Origin: Erysipelotrichaceae bacterium
GTDB taxonomy: Bacteria > Bacillota_I > Bacilli_A > RFN20 > CAG-826
NCBI GenBank assembly: GCA_012837435.1
Contig: DURD01000011.1
Location: forward strand, 4,024-68,023
Direction of reading: 5' to 3'
DNA: 64,000 bases
Shown: in pieces, positions 58,398-64,000 of the stretch
How the letters are laid out: each line of letters starts with the position of its first letter
Position numbering within the stretch: position 1 is the stretch's first letter
The notes under the pieces: model-generated
Seen by the model: the letters and a program-made list of their open reading frames with translations, nothing else
Databases searched by the model: none
What the model was told of the DNA's origin: nothing
Translations under genes and position numbers: made by a program

Positions 58398-60244
58398 AAA
58401 TAATTAACGTATTTAAAACACATTTCGATATTGGTTTTACTGATTTATCAGAAAACGTTATCAAAGAATATTCGTCCACTATGTTAAAGGATGTTTTGGA
58501 TTTTTGTGAAAAAACTTCATCCTATCCAAAAGGCAAAAGACATGTTTGGACAATGTCCGCTTGGCCATTAGAGCAGAGTTTAAATCGCTGTACACCAGAA
58601 TTGCTCTCAAGAGCGGAAAAATTAATCCATAATCAGCAACTCGTGTTGCATGCTTTGCCTTTCACCAGTCATACAGAATCCATGTCTGTTAACGATATGG
58701 AACATTTGTTTGATTGTGCAAAAAGAATTTGTTCTAAATACAATTTATCTTTCCCGATGTCCGCTAAAACTACTGATGTTCCTGGTCATACAATTGCTCT
58801 AGTCAAATATTTAGCTAAAAACGGTGTCAGATTTCTTCACATGGGTTGTAATCCAGCCTCTATTTATCCTGATGTACCAATGTTATTTTGGTGGGAAGAC
58901 AGAGAGGGAAACCGCGTTCTAGTGTTTTATAATAAGACATACGGCTCTACGCTCTTACCTCCAAAGGATTGGAAATATCCTGTTTGGTTATCATTGCAAC
59001 AAACAAACGATAACGTTGGTCCTCAACCATGGTCCCAAATAGAACAAAACGAAAAAGAAATCAAAAAAGCTTATCCTGGAGCAGAAGTGTTGTTCGGTTC
59101 ATTAGATGACTTTTATTGCGAAATAATAAAATGCGATTTATCGTCACTTCCAGTAATTAAGAAAGATTTAGGCGACACATGGATTCATGGTGTGGCGACC
59201 TATCCTAAAGAAGTGGGCCTCATTAGAAGAGCGAGAAATGTTGCCGCTAAAGCCACATTCTCTGAAAAAGATACATTAGATTTTTATGAAAATTCTCTTT
59301 TGTTCTCTGAGCATACTTGGGGTATGGATATTAAGACGCATTTAACTTGGAAGCGTTCATATCCAAAAGAGTTGTTCCTAAAAGAACGCTCCTCGCCACG
59401 TTATCAATTGGTTGAAAAAAGTTGGGATGAACAACGCGAAAGAGCAATGAATTGCGTTAATATTGCTCGAAAATATGGTTCTTTAGAAACAAAATTTGTT
59501 CCAATTAATAATCAAAATATCAAAGTTACTATCAAAAATGGAAAGCCTTTCATCGCTTATGCAAAAACTAATAGAGAAATAATTATTGACTATCAATATG
59601 GCATTGTTTCAACAGAAGAAATTTATGATTTTGAAAAAAAATACCTAACCCGTTTATATGAATGGGCGATTGCAGACTTTGGTAGGCAAAGTTATGGCGA
59701 AGTTGATAAGAAAAAATACGGTATCAAGCTTAAAAAATATTACTCAGATCATAATTATTCAGTTTTTGAATACGGAGTTTCAAAGGAGAGTTATACTTTA
59801 TATGGAAACTGCCATTCACTAATCATTAAAATTGGTGTGGATGCTGAAGATAGAATCCAGATTATCGTCAAACTGAATCAGAAAGAAGCAACACCGTATG
59901 TTGAATATGGAGACTTACTATTTCACACCAACTGTCAAGGCAAAGAATTTATAGTTAAAAAATTAGATTATGAGCTCAATGTTATGGAGGACATCAATAA
60001 AAACGCTAACAATATTTTGTATTGTGTCAGCGATAAGGTTGCCATTGACGACATTTCTATTAATCCTATTGATTCGCCTCTTGTTTCTTTTGGAAGCGGA
60101 GCAATTTATAAGTTTAATGGTGGAGTAGCTAAAAAAAGAAAACCAATATTTGTGTTCAATCTTTTCAATAATATGTGGGGCACAAATTTTCCACAATGGA
60201 TTGAAGGAGATTTATCCTACGAATACATTATTAAAATCAAATAA
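58394..60244 (+). CDS. GH38 N-terminal-domain-like protein (DUF5054-like), cytoplasmic
   Basis: VFKTHFDIGFTDL at the N-terminus matches the metal-binding strand I associate with DUF5054/GH38-like proteins. 616 aa, no signal peptide. Confidence 0.5.
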   Translation: MKIINVFKTHFDIGFTDLSENVIKEYSSTMLKDVLDFCEKTSSYPKGKRHVWTMSAWPLEQSLNRCTPELLSRAEKLIHNQQLVLHALPFTSHTESMSVNDMEHLFDCAKRICSKYNLSFPMSAKTTDVPGHTIALVKYLAKNGVRFLHMGCNPASIYPDVPMLFWWEDREGNRVLVFYNKTYGSTLLPPKDWKYPVWLSLQQTNDNVGPQPWSQIEQNEKEIKKAYPGAEVLFGSLDDFYCEIIKCDLSSLPVIKKDLGDTWIHGVATYPKEVGLIRRARNVAAKATFSEKDTLDFYENSLLFSEHTWGMDIKTHLTWKRSYPKELFLKERSSPRYQLVEKSWDEQRERAMNCVNIARKYGSLETKFVPINNQNIKVTIKNGKPFIAYAKTNREIIIDYQYGIVSTEEIYDFEKKYLTRLYEWAIADFGRQSYGEVDKKKYGIKLKKYYSDHNYSVFEYGVSKESYTLYGNCHSLIIKIGVDAEDRIQIIVKLNQKEATPYVEYGDLLFHTNCQGKEFIVKKLDYELNVMEDINKNANNILYCVSDKVAIDDISINPIDSPLVSFGSGAIYKFNGGVAKKRKPIFVFNLFNNMWGTNFPQWIEGDLSYEYIIKIK

Positions 60245-60256
60245 AGGAGAACAGTC

Positions 60257-61531
60257 ATGAAAGAAAATAATCATCCATATGTTTCTTTACAACATATTTC
60301 AAAAGTATATCCAAACGGAATAAAAGCTGTTCATGATTTTAGTTTAGAAGTGCAAAAACACGATTTTTTAGTGCTCGTTGGACCATCTGGGTGTGGTAAA
60401 TCAACTGTTTTAAGAATGATTGCTGGCTTAGAAGAAATTACTTCTGGTGATCTATATATTGATGGTGTTCATTCTAACGACCGCACACCAAAGGAAAGAG
60501 ACGTTGCAATGGTTTTCCAAAGTTACGCTTTGTATCCACATTTAAGTGTCTTTGACAACATATCTTTTGGTCTAAAGATTAGGCGGACTCCCAAAAACGA
60601 AATTAAAGAAAGAGTAACTGCGGCCGCTAAGATATTACAATTAGAAGATTATTTAAAGCGCAAGCCAAAAGAATTGTCTGGTGGTCAGAGACAAAGAGTA
60701 GCACTTGGCAGAGCCATTGTCAGAAATGCAAAAGTCTTTTTGATGGACGAACCCCTGTCAAATTTGGACGCTAAACTGCGTGGGCAAATGCGCAGTGAAA
60801 TTATCAAAATTCACGAACAATTAAACGCTACAACGATTTATGTTACTCACGATCAAACCGAAGCAATGACCATGGCGACTAGAATCGTCGTCATGAAAGA
60901 TGGATATATTCAACAAATCGGTACTCCAATAGAGATTTATACTAATCCATCGAATTTGTTTGTAGCGGGCTTTATTGGAGCTCCCGCTATGAATTTTATT
61001 GACTGCGTTTATAATGAAAATAAAAGTAAATTAATTTTGAATGAAAAGGTTTCTGTAAAAATTTCTAAGGAACAAAAAGAACAAATTAACAAGTTTTACG
61101 AAAATGAAATAATCAATCTTAAACTCCAACTTCAAAAGTTAAAAGATAACCCACCTGTGATAACTAGAGTCAATAAAAAGAACGCCAAATTATTAGCGAA
61201 TCATGAAAAAGAAATTACTGATTTAGAAATTAAATTATCAGCGATTGAAAACATTAAAAATGCCGAACGCAAATTCGTCTATGGTATTAGGCCGGAAGAT
61301 ATAGCAATTTGTGAACAGGACAAAAAATCACCCCCTTCTTTTGAAATTGTTGTGACAGTCGCGGAATTGCTTGGTAATGAGTATTATGTTCATACCGACT
61401 TTAATGACAAAGATATTATTGCTAAGGTACCAGCTAATGTAGTAATTAGATCTGGCGATGTGCTTGAAGTCTATTTGAGAACAGAAAAAGCCCATTTATT
61501 TGACCCTGTTACCACAAAGAGAATATTCTAG
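60257..61531 (+). CDS. Sugar ABC transporter ATP-binding protein (MsmK/UgpC/MalK type) with an inserted coiled-coil
   Basis: Walker [11 protein letters not shown]-loop, signature LSGGQRQRV, Walker [14 protein letters not shown]-loop. 424 aa, versus the roughly 370 aa I recall as usual for this family. Confidence 0.92.
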   Translation: MKENNHPYVSLQHISKVYPNGIKAVHDFSLEVQKHDFLVLVGPSGCGKSTVLRMIAGLEEITSGDLYIDGVHSNDRTPKERDVAMVFQSYALYPHLSVFDNISFGLKIRRTPKNEIKERVTAAAKILQLEDYLKRKPKELSGGQRQRVALGRAIVRNAKVFLMDEPLSNLDAKLRGQMRSEIIKIHEQLNATTIYVTHDQTEAMTMATRIVVMKDGYIQQIGTPIEIYTNPSNLFVAGFIGAPAMNFIDCVYNENKSKLILNEKVSVKISKEQKEQINKFYENEIINLKLQLQKLKDNPPVITRVNKKNAKLLANHEKEITDLEIKLSAIENIKNAERKFVYGIRPEDIAICEQDKKSPPSFEIVVTVAELLGNEYYVHTDFNDKDIIAKVPANVVIRSGDVLEVYLRTEKAHLFDPVTTKRIF

Positions 61532-61555
61532 TCAAACTTAATGAGTTTAATAGCG

Positions 61556-62209
61556 CTATTTTAGAGATAGCAATGCTTTGATATCGTTAACTAACAGGTT
61601 AGACAATAACTCATAACCGTTATCATTTGGATGAAGTCCATCAGCGAAGTATTTGGATTCTTCTATCGGAGGAACGCCAAATTCTTTTGTATAATCAGCA
61701 ACGTATAAATCGTATTTATTCGCTGCTTTTTTAATAATTTCAGTGTAGTCAGCTAGTGTTCCAACGACGCCTTGCTTATATATTTTTCCGTCTCCATCAA
61801 TTGAGTCTTGATTGTAACGGGGAAGAGGCAAAATAACGATGATGTTTTTGTTGCCGTAAGTTTTAGAAAGGTTATCAAAAAGATAATTGACCGCTCCATT
61901 AAATGTAAAAGGAGTAGTATCATTTTCTTTGCCGAGTGGCGCCGCTCCTTGACCAAAATCGTTGGTGCCACCCATGATGACTACCAAATCTGCTTTCTTG
62001 TCCATGACTTCAAAACGCATATTAAAGTCATAATTAAGCAGAGCGTTACCAGGAAAGGCAAATTCTTGTCTAGCTATTCTAGTACCGCCCACTCCATAGT
62101 TCTTAAATTCGGCACCAAGTTTTTTAGCGGTTAATGTAACAAAATTTTTGCTAGGGGAGGACGCCATGTATCCTTCGGTTATTGAATCACCAAGAAAAAG
62201 TATTTTCAT
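61556..62209 (-). CDS. SGNH/GDSL-family esterase
   Basis: Block I FLGDSITEG, block III GGTNDFG, block V DGLHPN. ATG at 62209 follows GAGGGA; the track's upstream 30 codons are probably spurious. Confidence 0.85.
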   Translation of the reverse strand: MKILFLGDSITEGYMASSPSKNFVTLTAKKLGAEFKNYGVGGTRIARQEFAFPGNALLNYDFNMRFEVMDKKADLVVIMGGTNDFGQGAAPLGKENDTTPFTFNGAVNYLFDNLSKTYGNKNIIVILPLPRYNQDSIDGDGKIYKQGVVGTLADYTEIIKKAANKYDLYVADYTKEFGVPPIEESKYFADGLHPNDNGYELLSNLLVNDIKALLSLK

Positions 62210-62655
62210 ATATTGTTCCCTCGTCATGATTGTTATATAGATATTATCACTAACCACTGTTAAAAACATAAGGCAAAACAAAAAAACATTGAGAAGCAAA
62301 TAAAATAGTTAATTCTATATAATTTTATTGAAAAATTTTAATCCTAAAATTGAAAATAACCCTTGCGATAGATATAGATAAGACGAAAGATTTTTAGCTT
62401 TTCATATGTAATTGAAACCTTAGTGGTTGGTTTATCACTTGTCATTTTATTTTACAAAAAATTATTCACGCTAGTTAATGTTCTCACAGAAATTGCTGAG
62501 GCTTGATAGATTTTGAACAAAAACAAAGTTAACTTCACGGATTTTTAAAGAAAAAGAAATATTGCCACTCATAAAATAGAGTGGTGTAATAATTACAAAC
62601 AAATGCAATATTTTGATGAAAAAAACAGCAGTTCTGTTCAAAGGAGATTATTTTT

Positions 62656-64000
62656 ATGAAAAAACGCACTTTGTTATTACCCTTGTCGATACTATCTATT
62701 TTGGCAATCACAAGTTGTAATTCTTTTAGTTCATCAATCAATACATCTAGCGTTGATAAATCTAGCATTTCTAGCAAATCTAGTAGCTCCGACAGATCTA
62801 AACCCCCTAGTGAGTCTAGCAATAATGTGGGAAGCTCTGATAATCAAGGAAACGGGAATGAAACAAGCGGTCCTTCTTTTGAAACTATCGATACTCCAAA
62901 TGCTCCTGAAGACTCTAATGAGGGGGCTTTCTCTTTGTCGTCGAGCGATGGAGAATTTACTGAAGAAGAGGGTTTGTATAGGATTACTAAGTCTGGGACT
63001 TACGTTGCTTCGGGTAGATTAGAAGAAGGACAAATACTAATTGAGGCGGGAAAGAATGATGAAGTAGTCCTCGAACTTAAAGGGGCTACTATTTCCTGCT
63101 CCACGGATTCTCCGATTAAAGCAGTTAAAGCTGACAAAGTGGAAATTTCTGCAAAGAAGAACACGGTGAATTATGTTAAGGATTTAAGAAATGTTAAAAC
63201 CGTTGATGACTCATCTCTAGGAGAAGGGGCTATTAATGCCAAATGCGATTTAAAACTTAAAGGCACGGGCTCTTTAGTGGTAATTGGCAATTACAATAAT
63301 GGAGTACATACGACCAAAGATTTAGATATACAAAAAGAAACTTTGCATGTTACCGCGGTTGATAATGCCTTTAAAGGAAAAGATGGAATTAGTATGATTT
63401 CTGGAAATGTCACCGCGATTAGTAAAAATGGCAATGGACTGAAGACCGACAATAGCGATATATCTTCAAAAGGCAATCAAAAAGGAAACGTCGTCATTTC
63501 TGGTGGACAGCTAGTGGTGGATTCTCTTTATGATGGAATTGATGCGGCTCACGACATAACTATCAACCAAGAAAATGAAGATTCTATCGATACCGTAGTG
63601 AGCATAGTTACAGGAACAAATTCCTCCTATGGCTCAAATTATAGTTCCGTTGATACTTCCGCTAAAGGATTAAAAGCCGATAACCAAATTTTAATTGACG
63701 AAGGCGAAATTGCTATTAAAGCGAGCGATGACGGGGTACACGCAAACTATGGCGACACCTTGGAAAACGGCAATGTTGGAATAGGAAATATCACTATTAA
63801 TGGAGGAACCATCGATGTTTTTAGCGGAGATGATGGGGTGCACGCAGATGGAACCCTTGCTATCAATGGTGGGGATATCACTGTCGATAACTCAGTAGAG
63901 GGAATCGAAGCCACCCACATCTCAATTAGTGGGGGAAACACCCGTGTGTATGGAGTTGACGATGGAGTGAATGCTGCTTCTAAAAATGGAGAATATCCCA
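62656..64000 (+). CDS. Cthe_2159-type carbohydrate-binding beta-helix lipoprotein (3' end outside the window)
   Basis: Not in the ORF track because there is no stop in the window. AAGGAG lies 9 nt upstream. MKKRTLLLPLSILSILAITSCNS lipobox, Ser-rich linker, then ITKSGTYVASGRLEEGQILIEAGKNDEVVLELKGATISCSTDSPIKAVKADKVEIS and repeated beta-helix rungs. Confidence 0.75.
   Translation, partial: MKKRTLLLPLSILSILAITSCNSFSSSINTSSVDKSSISSKSSSSDRSKPPSESSNNVGSSDNQGNGNETSGPSFETIDTPNAPEDSNEGAFSLSSSDGEFTEEEGLYRITKSGTYVASGRLEEGQILIEAGKNDEVVLELKGATISCSTDSPIKAVKADKVEISAKKNTVNYVKDLRNVKTVDDSSLGEGAINAKCDLKLKGTGSLVVIGNYNNGVHTTKDLDIQKETLHVTAVDNAFKGKDGISMISGNVTAISKNGNGLKTDNSDISSKGNQKGNVVISGGQLVVDSLYDGIDAAHDITINQENEDSIDTVVSIVTGTNSSYGSNYSSVDTSAKGLKADNQILIDEGEIAIKASDDGVHANYGDTLENGNVGIGNITINGGTIDVFSGDDGVHADGTLAINGGDITVDNSVEGIEATHISISGGNTRVYGVDDGVNAASKNGEYP

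Noticed and set aside
62535-62822. 95-aa minus-strand ORF in the 62.3-62.8 kb region
   Set aside because: The plus strand carries a far better gene, with AAGGAG, an ATG at 62656, a lipobox and a Cthe_2159-like domain running to the window edge.
62700-62830. Repetitive TCTAGC/AAATCTAG strings suggesting a slippage-prone contingency repeat
   Set aside because: The units are imperfect and simply encode the Ser-rich linker of the lipoprotein (SSVDKSSISSKSSSSD). There is no uninterrupted microsatellite.

Overview
AT-rich, low-GC Firmicutes/Mollicutes-like chromosome segment. It uses standard code 11: dnaN ends in TGA and Trp is TGG. It spans the replication origin. Genes at 1-9275 are all on the minus strand (glcK, glmU-like, ispE, rsmA, rnmV, tatD, mnmE, jag, yidC, rnpA, rpmH). 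A bipartite oriC flanks dnaA, with DnaA boxes at 9389-9511 and boxes plus an AT-rich unwinding element at 11032-11110. After it, dnaA-dnaN-yaaA-recF-gyrB-gyrA-serS run on the plus strand. The ORF track misses three things: rpmH (9138-9275), a small SRP RNA hidden in a false 5' extension of tadA (about 20969-21050), and a truncated lipoprotein gene at the right edge (62656 onward). The 21-39 kb region holds mixed housekeeping and membrane genes. These include a divergent P-type ATPase, TetR plus Fe-ADH, an S2P-like membrane protein, TldD/PmbA, three glycosyltransferases, DegV, rpmE, metG and an rRNA methyltransferase. The least ordinary part is 39.7-64 kb, a carbohydrate island. It contains a lyxose/mannose-isomerase, kinase, aldolase and DUF4432 cassette and an AraR-type regulator. 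It also has a roughly 17 kb tightly coupled operon: an LplABC-type ABC importer, three CBM-rich proteins tethered by C-terminal TM helices (no LPXTG), an orphan 723-aa lipoprotein, cytoplasmic GH2 and GH38-like enzymes, and a MsmK-type ATPase. An SGNH esterase and a Cthe_2159-type beta-helix lipoprotein follow. I saw no CRISPR array, tRNA, rRNA, transposase, integrase or recognisable defence system. All family calls come from motif recognition by eye; no searches were run.
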